DNA of 64,000 nt from the sequence record OP292654.1; one strand, 5' to 3'. The notes beneath the pieces are model-generated. The model did no database searches. It was not told where the DNA came from and saw only the letters and a list, made by a program, of their open reading frames with translations. Numbering within the stretch: position 1 is the stretch's first letter; each line of letters opens with the position of its first letter. This document shows, one piece after another, positions 38,773 through 47,354 of this stretch. A program made the position numbers and the translations under genes.

Positions 38773-39108
38773 ATGGACGGTTATTTAGGTGAAGTAGATG
38801 TAACAAATGATCCAGAACGGAATCCGTTCTATGGTGCTCCATCAAACGTACTGGCTCTTATCTTTATTGGTATGTATGGTGGTATTGATGGTTCCCATCA
38901 TAAAGATTGGGTTCTTGATCAAGCTGCCCGTATTTTGAATGGAACTCCTGTAATTGTAAAACAGGCTTCCTGGGATAATGGACATACTGAACTTCGCTTC
39001 AGTACTGGTGAAGCAACACAACAATACAACGATTGGGTTCTGAATATGATTACCGATGATGACGGTACTGTATATGAAGACATGTATGATGTTGGTATTG
39101 CTCCATGA
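38773..39108 (+). CDS. phage hypothetical protein
   Basis: YGGIDGSHHKDWVLDQ motif. Confidence 0.7.
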   Translation: MDGYLGEVDVTNDPERNPFYGAPSNVLALIFIGMYGGIDGSHHKDWVLDQAARILNGTPVIVKQASWDNGHTELRFSTGEATQQYNDWVLNMITDDDGTVYEDMYDVGIAP

Positions 39109-39227
39109 AGCTGAACACATGGTTCGCTTTGGGGTTATTTGGCGTCGGTGCTGGTGGATACTTCCTGGATTTAAACCTTTGGGGAGTATGGCTATTCGCA
39201 GGTTATATGGTATTAACCCATGACTGA
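39105..39227 (+). CDS. 40-aa membrane protein (absent from ORF track)
   Basis: Read manually: MKLNTWFALGLFGVGAGGYFLDLNLWGVWLFAGYMVLTHD*; overlaps both neighbours. Confidence 0.55.
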   Translation: MKLNTWFALGLFGVGAGGYFLDLNLWGVWLFAGYMVLTHD

Positions 39228-39411
39228 TTTCAAAAAACACGCAAAGAAAATTCTCAAATCCTTTGATAAGGAATATGAGGAACGCAAAGCCGAATTCAGT
39301 CGTCCGGCTGGATTCTCAAGTAGCTCCACTTTACGTAGAAAGTTAAAAGAACATGAAAAGAAAACTGATCAATCGCAACAAAGCGAAGATGACATTCTGG
39401 ACGAAGAATAA
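39220..39411 (+). CDS. hypothetical protein
   Basis: ORF track. Confidence 0.55.
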   Translation: MTDFKKHAKKILKSFDKEYEERKAEFSRPAGFSSSSTLRRKLKEHEKKTDQSQQSEDDILDEE

Positions 39412-39676
39412 GTTACTATATCTTCTTCATAACGATCCATCTTTCCAGTACTTCAAACGAAGTTCAAAATACCATAAAGTTGAAGTTTCAGAACGTGCTT
39501 ATCGCCGTAATGCATTCAGTAAAATGGTTAATGTTCCAATTGAGATTACATCCCGTAATAGTCGTTCACGAATCCGTAATAAAGTAATTGCTTCTCGTGT
39601 TTTTATGAACATCGAACAATTCAATGAAAAGTATGGATTAGATGTTAAACTTGAAGATTTGCCAACCAAATACTAA
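39353..39676 (+). CDS. basic hypothetical protein
   Basis: ORF track. Confidence 0.6.
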   Translation: MKRKLINRNKAKMTFWTKNKLLYLLHNDPSFQYFKRSSKYHKVEVSERAYRRNAFSKMVNVPIEITSRNSRSRIRNKVIASRVFMNIEQFNEKYGLDVKLEDLPTKY

Positions 39677-39684
39677 GGTACGTT

Positions 39685-40263
39685 ATGGACATTTCAGAAA
39701 ATATCGGAAATGCGTATAAAGCAGTAATCGAAGAACATTTAAAAGTATTCAAACCAGCACATGATGCTATTCATCGTAACTGGTTAGAAACTAACTATCC
39801 ACACTTAATTCGTTCACGTAAACTGAATCGTGTTCTGTTTGATATGAGCGTTTGTAGTGGTCGTAATCAGTTAGGCACTGGTATTTGTTTACCAACTGCG
39901 TTATTTGTTCAATCCTATATGATGGATGTTCACAACACTGAAGTTGAAATTGTCGGCCTATGGCAAACTGATGAACGTTCAGAATGGACAGGTTATACTC
40001 TACCTGATATTTTCTGTCATTGTGCTATTAAGTACGATGACAAGTACTATGATGCTTATTGGCCTGAAGGTACTGAATTGAAAAATATTTTGTACGCTGA
40101 CGTATGTTTTACGAAACACGTAGACCAAATTGTGTACAACTATCGTAATCATCAGGGTTGTCCGTTCTTGATTGAAAACTTATTCACGAACGTTAAAAAT
40201 ACGTTATACTCAGGTTCAGATTCGGAACAAAATTATATTAATTTTTGTCTACCGAATGCTTGA
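39685..40263 (+). CDS. hypothetical protein
   Basis: ORF track. Confidence 0.7.
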   Translation: MDISENIGNAYKAVIEEHLKVFKPAHDAIHRNWLETNYPHLIRSRKLNRVLFDMSVCSGRNQLGTGICLPTALFVQSYMMDVHNTEVEIVGLWQTDERSEWTGYTLPDIFCHCAIKYDDKYYDAYWPEGTELKNILYADVCFTKHVDQIVYNYRNHQGCPFLIENLFTNVKNTLYSGSDSEQNYINFCLPNA

Positions 40264-40288
40264 CAGGGGCGTGAGCATTAGCTATAAT
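40260..40288 (+). promoter_or_regulatory. perfect-consensus sigma70 promoter
   Basis: TTGACA-N17-TATAAT; 10-bp inverted repeat spans the -10. Confidence 0.9.
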
Positions 40289-40323
40289 GCTCACACTTAA
40301 TCAAACAAAGAGAGAAAATAAAA

Positions 40324-41589
40324 ATGGCTGAACTCGTAACTGAAGGTCGTCGTCTTGTAACTGTTCGCAAAATCAATGCGATCAATCCAATTCCGAATGC
40401 TGATGCTATTGAAGTAGCAACCATTGACGGTTGGAACGTCGTTATTAAGAAAGGTGAATTTGCGGTAGGCGACTACTGTATGTTCTTCGAAATTGATTCA
40501 TTCCTTCCTGCGAATGATGGACGTTTCGCTTTCCTGGCTGGGAAAGGTACTAAAACTGATGAAAACGGAGTAGAGCGTATTCGTCTACGCACGATCAAAC
40601 TTCGTGGTCAGATTTCTCAGGGTTTGGCTCTGCCAATCAGTGCGTTTTATGAAATCTTCTACGCACTGAACCCTAATGTTCGTTACTTCCTGGCTCCTTC
40701 GGCAAGTGAAGTACTTTCCAATTCTGTTGAAATTCTGGCAGACCTGGAAGATAACCGTCAGGGTCTGGAAAATTTCATCAATGTCACTAAGTACGAACGT
40801 CCTGATGAACGTAATGGTGGCACTGGTGCTGGACGTGCGAAAACGGCTGGTAGCTTCCCAATCTTCATTCCTAAAACTGATGAAGATCGTATCCAGAACG
40901 TTTTCGGAAAGTACAGTCAGACTATGAAAGGTGTACCATTCCGTAAATCTTTGAAACTGGAAGGTTCAAGTCAGACTATTGCTTTCGTAAGCAATCCTGA
41001 CTTCTTCGTAGAGAAGATTGATGATGAACTTAAAGTGTTCAATGAGGAAACTCAAACACTGGAAGTCGCAGAAGTCATTCCTTATCCGTTCCAGTGGGAA
41101 GAAGGTCAGGGTATTGTGTGTTCACGTAACCTCGCACTGAAGTTCGATGAAAGTTCGGCATTCTGGAAAGCAGCACTGAAGGACGACATTATTGAACGTC
41201 TGCGTCAGTACTGTACCGAGAACAACCGCCAGCTTGCTATTCAGGGCGAATGTATGGGTCCAGGTATCCAGGGTAACATCGAACAACTGGAAGAACATCA
41301 GTTCTACGCATTCCGTGTGTGGGATATTGATGCTCAGAACTTCCTGGATGATGCGGAATTCATCGAACTGACTCGTATCCTGGGTCTGACTGTAGCACCG
41401 CAAGGTGAAATTGTGTACTTCTTTGATGAATACAGTACTATCAAAGAAGCTCTGGATTCAGCAGATCATGCGAGTATCGTAGCTCCGATTTGTGAAGGTG
41501 ACGTGTACAAAAGTACTGTAAAAGTGAATGGACAGACTATTCACTTCAAAGTCATCAATAACAAATATCTTCTGAAAGTAGAAGATTAA
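40324..41589 (+). CDS. RNA ligase, Rnl2/DRB0094-like, with N-terminal OB (tRNA-binding-like) domain
   Basis: PIPNADAIEVATIDGWNVV, IKLRGQISQGL, PKTDEDRIQN, motif I KLEGSS, GECMGPGIQGN, EGDVYK, FKVINNKYL. Confidence 0.85.
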   Translation: MAELVTEGRRLVTVRKINAINPIPNADAIEVATIDGWNVVIKKGEFAVGDYCMFFEIDSFLPANDGRFAFLAGKGTKTDENGVERIRLRTIKLRGQISQGLALPISAFYEIFYALNPNVRYFLAPSASEVLSNSVEILADLEDNRQGLENFINVTKYERPDERNGGTGAGRAKTAGSFPIFIPKTDEDRIQNVFGKYSQTMKGVPFRKSLKLEGSSQTIAFVSNPDFFVEKIDDELKVFNEETQTLEVAEVIPYPFQWEEGQGIVCSRNLALKFDESSAFWKAALKDDIIERLRQYCTENNRQLAIQGECMGPGIQGNIEQLEEHQFYAFRVWDIDAQNFLDDAEFIELTRILGLTVAPQGEIVYFFDEYSTIKEALDSADHASIVAPICEGDVYKSTVKVNGQTIHFKVINNKYLLKVED

Positions 41590-41596
41590 GATTTAC

Positions 41597-41620
41597 AGGC
41601 AACTGAAAAGTTGCCTTTTT
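41597..41620 (+). terminator. intrinsic terminator
   Basis: AGGCAACT-gaaa-AGTTGCCT plus T-run. Confidence 0.8.
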
Positions 41621-41633
41621 AAGCGAAAAAAAT

Positions 41634-41663
41634 TTGAAACGAGCCGGAGAAATCTGGTATAAT
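41634..41663 (+). promoter_or_regulatory. sigma70-like promoter, extended -10, 18-bp spacer class
   Basis: TTGAAAC...TCTGGTATAATGTA, as at 32614. Confidence 0.8.
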
Positions 41664-41679
41664 GTAAATCATTAAGAGG

Positions 41680-41970
41680 ATGCTTATGACTAAGCAAGAG
41701 TATTTGGCAGCATTGAAAGTCGGCGATACAGTTAATCGTTTCTTTCATGGTGCTGGTTTTATTACCCAAGGTGATGAAGCCGAAGTTGTCCATTTGACCG
41801 AAAGCCATGTTTGGGTTGATGAAGTGATGCATGATGAATCAAATTATAAAACGGATTCAGTGTACGCTTACAATCGCAAAACAGGTAAAGCAGTAGAAGC
41901 CGCATTTGGTATGTTCCATACATTGGAGTTACCAGGTGAACGTGCTCCTGATTCGGACTATGACGACTAA
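41680..41970 (+). CDS. hypothetical protein
   Basis: ORF track, SD GAGG. Confidence 0.7.
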   Translation: MLMTKQEYLAALKVGDTVNRFFHGAGFITQGDEAEVVHLTESHVWVDEVMHDESNYKTDSVYAYNRKTGKAVEAAFGMFHTLELPGERAPDSDYDD

Positions 41971-42030
41971 CACAAGTTAGAGAAGTGAGTCAACAAATAA
42001 AATTTAACCATTTCTGAGAAGGAAAGTATA

Positions 42031-43545
42031 ATGTCAGCATTTAAAAACGCAGTAAACAACGTAAACACCACAGCTTCACAAAACCGTTCTACAACCGCAA
42101 ATGGTGCGGCATCACTGAAAAGTACGCTGAACCCACTGGTAGATCTGTTCTTCATGATCGGTTCCCTTCGTGGAAAAGATCTCGGCGTGTACAAAAGTTC
42201 ATTTGACGCAGCATACGCAGCTAACCCTACGCTTGCTCTCCAGATGATTCTTTGGGCACGTGACATTCGTGGTGGTGCTGGTGAGCGTAATACCCCTCGC
42301 GAACTTCTGAAGTACCTTGAAGTTAAGCATCCTGAAGCAGTACTGCGTGTAATTCCAGTACTGGCAGATTTCGGTCGTTGGGATGATCTTCTGATCTTCA
42401 AAACTGCCGCTGCTAAAACTCTGGCTTACCAGACAATCGCAGAAGCGTTAACCACTGGTAACGCACTGTGTGCTAAGTGGATGCCTCGTGTTTACAAGTT
42501 CAAGAAGAACGCTCAAGGTGTTGTTGATATGAACACAGAAGCGAACAAAAACCGTGCTGCGAACAACAAAATCGCTCGTGAGATCATGACCACCATGAAT
42601 ATCAACGAACGTGCGTATCGTAAGCTGCTTTCATCTCTGAGCAACACCGTTGAACAGAAGATGTGTGCGAACGAGTGGGAAGAAATCGAATATAGCAAGC
42701 TGCCATCAGTTGCTAGTGCTCGTTATCTGCCAGCGTTCATGAAACGCGATGAAGCTCGTTACCGCGAGTTCCTGGCTTCAATCGAAAAAGGCGAAGTGAA
42801 AGTAAACGCTGGTGCTCTGTATCCATACGATGTAACAACTCGTTTGGCTAATGGTTCTGCCGCTGAAACCCTGGGCGTTGCTCAATGGGAACAGTTGCGT
42901 AACTTCATGGGCGACAACAAAGCTATCCCAATGGTAGATACTAGTTCTTCAATGAACTGTTCTGCGGGTTCTACAGGCATGACTTGTATGAACGTTGCGA
43001 TTTCTTTGGGTCTGTACATTGCCGATAAGCAAGAAGGTGCGTTCAAGGACTTGTTCCTGAACTTCAGTACTCAACCACGCATGTTCGAACTGAAAGGTTC
43101 TAACATTGCTGAGAAGTACCGTGACCTGATGGGCTATCGTGCTGGTCAGTTCTGGGGTGGTAGCACCAACATTCAGGCGGCATTCCGTGAAGTACTGCGT
43201 GTAGCGAAAGCTCAGCAAGTACCAGCAGAACAGATGCCTAAGAACTTGATTGTTCTGTCTGACATGGAATTCAACCCAAGCAATGCGGGTGGTTGGAACG
43301 CTACGGCGTACAACTCTGCGAAAGCAGACTTCGCAGCAGCGGGTTATGAACTGCCAACTATCGTCTTCTGGAACCTTAACGCACGTCCGGGTAACAACCC
43401 TGTTCGTTTTGACCAGAACAACGTAGCTCTGGTAAGTGGTTTCTCTCCAAGCGTTCTGGAAGCAATTCTGAGCGGTGAGGATGTAGATCCAGTGAAGGTT
43501 ATGCTTCGCGTAATCGACGCACCACGCTATCAAGTACTTGGTTAA
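42031..43545 (+). CDS. TROVE/vWA-type protein (DUF2828, Ro60-related)
   Basis: RDIRGGAGER, GRWDDL, CAKWMPR, LYPYD, MIDAS-like VDTSSSM, LSDMEF, VFWNL. Confidence 0.8.
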   Translation: MSAFKNAVNNVNTTASQNRSTTANGAASLKSTLNPLVDLFFMIGSLRGKDLGVYKSSFDAAYAANPTLALQMILWARDIRGGAGERNTPRELLKYLEVKHPEAVLRVIPVLADFGRWDDLLIFKTAAAKTLAYQTIAEALTTGNALCAKWMPRVYKFKKNAQGVVDMNTEANKNRAANNKIAREIMTTMNINERAYRKLLSSLSNTVEQKMCANEWEEIEYSKLPSVASARYLPAFMKRDEARYREFLASIEKGEVKVNAGALYPYDVTTRLANGSAAETLGVAQWEQLRNFMGDNKAIPMVDTSSSMNCSAGSTGMTCMNVAISLGLYIADKQEGAFKDLFLNFSTQPRMFELKGSNIAEKYRDLMGYRAGQFWGGSTNIQAAFREVLRVAKAQQVPAEQMPKNLIVLSDMEFNPSNAGGWNATAYNSAKADFAAAGYELPTIVFWNLNARPGNNPVRFDQNNVALVSGFSPSVLEAILSGEDVDPVKVMLRVIDAPRYQVLG

Positions 43546-43558
43546 TAGCCAATACTAT

Positions 43559-43584
43559 AAAGCCTCACTTCGGTGGGGCTTTTT
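43559..43584 (+). terminator. intrinsic terminator (UUCG loop)
   Basis: AAAGCCTCAC-ttcg-GTGGGGCTTT plus T-run. Confidence 0.85.
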
Positions 43585-43602
43585 CATTTAAAAGGAATTA
43601 AT

Positions 43603-43743
43603 ATGAAAACTCTTCGAAATCACTTCTTAGGCTTTGTAATGATGTACAAAACATCGTTCGCCGTTAACCCTATCATCACAACTCTAGGCACTATTGTAGC
43701 TGCTGGATTTGTCCTATCTGTAGCAAAAATCTTTGGTCTTTAA
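43603..43743 (+). CDS. 46-aa membrane protein (absent from ORF track)
   Basis: Read manually: MKTLRNHFLG...VAKIFGL*; SD AAGGA. Confidence 0.6.
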   Translation: MKTLRNHFLGFVMMYKTSFAVNPIITTLGTIVAAGFVLSVAKIFGL

Positions 43744-43772
43744 TTGACGCCAACGATCTGATGTGCTACACT
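43744..43772 (+). promoter_or_regulatory. sigma70-like promoter
   Basis: TTGACG-N17-TACACT with TG extension. Confidence 0.65.
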
Positions 43773-43797
43773 GATTTTAATTAACTTGAGGTGCATC

Positions 43798-44223
43798 ATG
43801 ACTACTGAATATATCGAAATGGAAGGGTATCTTGAATATGATCCTGACCGTAAAGACATGAAAAAGCGAACTCAGTACTGGTGTGTACTTCAATTGCCAA
43901 ATGATTTGGTCCGATACTACCAGTACTTTCTTCGAACTGAAAAACACATTTATCTTGAAATGCCAGCATGGGGTGCTCACGTAAGTATTATTCGTGGGGA
44001 AAAACCTGATGACGAGCATATTCATTTGTGGAAGAAGTATCACAAGAAGAAATTCAAATTTCGTTTCTTTCCTAATATTGTAGAAGTTAAGGATAAGAAA
44101 CAAAGTGGAAGTTTCTATGTAATCAACTTTGAATGTCCAGAATTATCTGATATTCGTCGTGAGTTAGGTTTACCAGTGTATCGTGATTTCCACATAACAA
44201 TTGGTCGAACCTACTATGATTAA
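43798..44223 (+). CDS. 2H phosphoesterase family protein
   Basis: Two Hx(S/T) motifs: GAHVSII and DFHITIG. Confidence 0.75.
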   Translation: MTTEYIEMEGYLEYDPDRKDMKKRTQYWCVLQLPNDLVRYYQYFLRTEKHIYLEMPAWGAHVSIIRGEKPDDEHIHLWKKYHKKKFKFRFFPNIVEVKDKKQSGSFYVINFECPELSDIRRELGLPVYRDFHITIGRTYYD

Positions 44224-44794
44224 AGAAGTTGCGTACAAAATCCGTGATATGAAAACCGGTCAATTTGTAGAATTACTTTCCGCTAGTGGAAATGTTGTAA
44301 ACTCCACTAACGGAAAGATTTTTGACACATATTCTTCCGCTATGGCATATTTGTATGAATCGCAAAGTGCTATGATGCGTAATAAACGCTATATAAACTT
44401 GAACCGATTTTCAATACATGAACTTAGACTAGTAATTAGTAATACAATTTCAGTACCGAATCTTATCGAGTCAACAATACTAGCTAAACCCGAAGACGAA
44501 GAATATCAAGAGTGGTTTAAATCTATTGTTTCCCAGGCAGTACTGGATGGTTTTTGTGAGGTAGATCAAACCTTGCTTAATTTCGCCTTGACGAACGATA
44601 AATATCATTCTATACTTGTTGAATATGTTCCACCTCATATGCTCCAGTGCCTGGATGAATTTATGAGTGTTGGAATTAATGGCTGTGATCTTGACACATT
44701 AGGGTCAATTTCCTTGACAGCATCGCAGAAACAGCTTAATATGTACGACATAGACAGGCTGTTCGCTGTGAGAACAGAAAAAATTTCGAAGTAG
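44201..44794 (+). CDS. hypothetical protein
   Basis: ORF track. Confidence 0.7.
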   Translation: MVEPTMIKEVAYKIRDMKTGQFVELLSASGNVVNSTNGKIFDTYSSAMAYLYESQSAMMRNKRYINLNRFSIHELRLVISNTISVPNLIESTILAKPEDEEYQEWFKSIVSQAVLDGFCEVDQTLLNFALTNDKYHSILVEYVPPHMLQCLDEFMSVGINGCDLDTLGSISLTASQKQLNMYDIDRLFAVRTEKISK

Positions 44795-44821
44795 TATTCG
44801 TACTATTGTAGGAAGTCCAAA

Positions 44822-44906
44822 GCGACTTTGTGCAAATAAGGTCGCACCGAAGGTTTGTCCTTATTACGCAGAAGAAGCACAAAATGTGTAATAAGGAGGA
44901 ATTTTG
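44822..44906 (+). promoter_or_regulatory. structured 5' UTR occluding the endolysin SD, with an alternative SD-free fold
   Basis: 13-bp stem 44858-44870/44885-44897 covers AAGGA; alternative nested helices 44827-33/44877-83 and 44835-41/44859-65. Confidence 0.6.
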
Positions 44907-45848
44907 TATAAAGCGATACAAGAACTCAAAACTCGTGCTGGATTGAAAACAATCCTAGTAGGTTTTCTGTTGCTTGCCGCTGCATTTGGATTAGGTTTTA
45001 ACTCACATGATCGTACTACATCATCGGCTACTGTTGACACAGTGGTGGTAGTACAACAAGAACCACAATTAACAATTCAAAAGCAACCGCCAGTAGCTCA
45101 GATTATACCTGTACAACCTGAAGCAACTGATAGCAGAAAGCAATACAAAGTACTGAGTGGTGATAGTTTATGGACTATTGCTAACCGTATTAAGCCACAA
45201 AACGTTGAAATAGACGAGTATGTAAAAGTACTAAAAGTGGTGAATAAGGAAGCTGTGATGCATCCTGGTACATTGTTTGACCTTCCTAATGCGGAAGATT
45301 TGAAGGATGTTACTTTACCTGATATTGTACTATTGTTCAGTATTCATGATGAAGAAATACTCACTCATATCAAAAAAGCAGAAGGAACAAGTGAATCCCA
45401 ATCCGTATTAAAACGGCGTTTACTTGGCGGTAAAGTTGGTCCATCTTTTAAAAATGGAAAGTTCTATCCGTATCGTGATAGTACTGGTAACTTCACAATA
45501 GGTTACGGTCATTACATCGGAAAGAGCGAGAAAGACGCAGCAAAATACCGTAATGGTATTACAAAAGGTCAAGCTCATAATCTCTTAATTGAAGATATGA
45601 AACGCACAAGGGATGATTTCATTCTATTACTTAAGCGTAAACGTGCGATGGATTTAACAATTGACCAGCAGCGTGTTCTTTACGAAATGGCTTACACTAT
45701 GGGTACTGATAAACTTGCTAAGTTTAACAAACTCTGGAAAAGTGTTGAAAATAGCAATTCTCGTAAATTCAAAAAAGAAATCAAAAACTCTTTATGGTAT
45801 AACCAAGTAGGTTCAGGCCGAGTTGATATACTACTAAGTAGTCTTTGA
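44904..45848 (+). CDS. signal-anchored LysM + T4-type (GH24) lysozyme, putative endolysin
   Basis: N-terminal TM; YKVLSGDSLWTIA (LysM); KAEG...YRDSTGNFTIGYGH; TTG start with SD TAAGGAGG. Confidence 0.8.
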   Translation: MYKAIQELKTRAGLKTILVGFLLLAAAFGLGFNSHDRTTSSATVDTVVVVQQEPQLTIQKQPPVAQIIPVQPEATDSRKQYKVLSGDSLWTIANRIKPQNVEIDEYVKVLKVVNKEAVMHPGTLFDLPNAEDLKDVTLPDIVLLFSIHDEEILTHIKKAEGTSESQSVLKRRLLGGKVGPSFKNGKFYPYRDSTGNFTIGYGHYIGKSEKDAAKYRNGITKGQAHNLLIEDMKRTRDDFILLLKRKRAMDLTIDQQRVLYEMAYTMGTDKLAKFNKLWKSVENSNSRKFKKEIKNSLWYNQVGSGRVDILLSSL

Positions 45849-45873
45849 TAGTACAATATAAGGGAGTACTTTT

Positions 45874-46218
45874 ATGTTCAATCATACTATTGTTTATAAT
45901 GACAACATTGATGTGTCAGAAGAATTGGAAATGCATACAATTGATGCCTTTCGTAAGGTCGAGAAATTTGTTGGTGAAACTCCAGTAGATTTCCGCACTA
46001 CGTATTCAAAAGAGGGTACTTCATTTAAAGTACATGCTCATGGCACATTTGATGGAACTCAATTTGATGCTCACTCAGTTGACAATGACATTTATAAAAG
46101 TGTTGACCTGATGGTAGCAAAATTGGAATCACAATTCCGCACAGCTAAAAGTAAACGTACTAGTATCGACCGTGATACTATTGTTCAGGCTGAAGACGAA
46201 TCTAGCATTGAGTCGTAA
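45874..46218 (+). CDS. hpf: ribosome hibernation promoting factor (HPF/YfiA family)
   Basis: IDVSEEL...KVEKF...DIYKSVDLMVAKLESQFRTAKSK. Confidence 0.75.
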   Translation: MFNHTIVYNDNIDVSEELEMHTIDAFRKVEKFVGETPVDFRTTYSKEGTSFKVHAHGTFDGTQFDAHSVDNDIYKSVDLMVAKLESQFRTAKSKRTSIDRDTIVQAEDESSIES

Positions 46219-46225
46219 AAACTCC

Positions 46226-46254
46226 TTGACAGAAACGTAACAACGTGCTACATT
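46226..46254 (+). promoter_or_regulatory. sigma70-like promoter followed by terminator hairpin 46257-46287
   Basis: TTGACA-N17-TACATT. Confidence 0.7.
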
Positions 46255-46295
46255 ATAAGGACAGGCAGTGATGCTCTGTCCTTTTTTCGTTTTAA

Positions 46296-46742
46296 GTGGG
46301 GTTGGAAATGACAGATGTTTACAACATAAAAGACATGGAAATTAGGTTCGAATATGATTCATATTCTCCTATGACACGTTGGATATGTACTGTATATTTG
46401 CACAAGATTCGAAAAGTATATCGCTTTATTGATGAAGCAAATCAATATCGTGTAATGTGTGTTTATATGGATATGACATATCCACAAGAACAAATTTACA
46501 AATCCATCCTTGAACGGATTATGCGTTCTGGACAAATGGAGAAATCTGAAATGGCAATGTATGAAGAATATTTTGGTACTGATGATTACTCATTAACTGA
46601 ACGACTTAAGAAACAAAAACAGAACCAATTTGAAGCGAAACGTGAAGCTTTTGAAGCTCATAAAAAAGAGCAATCAAGAATAACTCGTTCTAAGTTAGGT
46701 ATTACTTTTTGGGGTGCGTTAATTGTTGAGGATATTTTATGA
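46296..46742 (+). CDS. hypothetical protein
   Basis: ORF track; ends TFWGALIVEDIL. Confidence 0.65.
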   Translation: MGLEMTDVYNIKDMEIRFEYDSYSPMTRWICTVYLHKIRKVYRFIDEANQYRVMCVYMDMTYPQEQIYKSILERIMRSGQMEKSEMAMYEEYFGTDDYSLTERLKKQKQNQFEAKREAFEAHKKEQSRITRSKLGITFWGALIVEDIL

Positions 46743-46975
46743 GTATTTTCTTTGATGATTCAGGGGCTATTCCAGTAATGCTTGAAGAAGATTGGGGTTT
46801 GGGATGGCCTGATAATAGTCATATTGAAAAAGCAATGCGTTCTCATTTAGAACATATACAGAGTTATACTCCACCACCAAAACGCACACAATGTGACGGT
46901 ACTTTTTGGGGAGAATTGATTAACACTGATATTCTTCACAAAACCAAAAAACGTACTGGCAATTTCGATCTGTAG
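46739..46975 (+). CDS. hypothetical protein
   Basis: ORF track; contains TFWGELINTDIL. Confidence 0.6.
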   Translation: MSIFFDDSGAIPVMLEEDWGLGWPDNSHIEKAMRSHLEHIQSYTPPPKRTQCDGTFWGELINTDILHKTKKRTGNFDL

Positions 46976-46980
46976 GTGAT

Positions 46981-47343
46981 ATGATGGCTATACAAATTAA
47001 CGATATGGTAGTGAATCATATTTCTGAAAAATGTATATATGAAATTCAGTACGGCGAACATGTATTTGAAGTTGATCGTCCATTATTTCATAAAATTTAT
47101 GATAAACATAGTACTTCTCAAGCTTATCGTATATTAAAAGAAATGTTTAAAGATGATAAATTTCTTAAAGGTTCGAAAAAAGTAAAAATGTTGAATATTA
47201 CCAATAAAGAAGAAGTATCATTTTGGTTAGATTTAATTAATAATGATTTGAAAAAACAAATACCATCTCCACCTAAACCGCCTGAGCCTCCTAAAACTCG
47301 TGTAGTTGGTGGAACTAGGCGTGGTGGATTCTGTTTAGAATAA
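46981..47343 (+). CDS. hypothetical protein with Pro-rich tail
   Basis: ORF track. Confidence 0.65.
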   Translation: MMAIQINDMVVNHISEKCIYEIQYGEHVFEVDRPLFHKIYDKHSTSQAYRILKEMFKDDKFLKGSKKVKMLNITNKEEVSFWLDLINNDLKKQIPSPPKPPEPPKTRVVGGTRRGGFCLE

Positions 47344-47354
47344 GAGGAATACAA

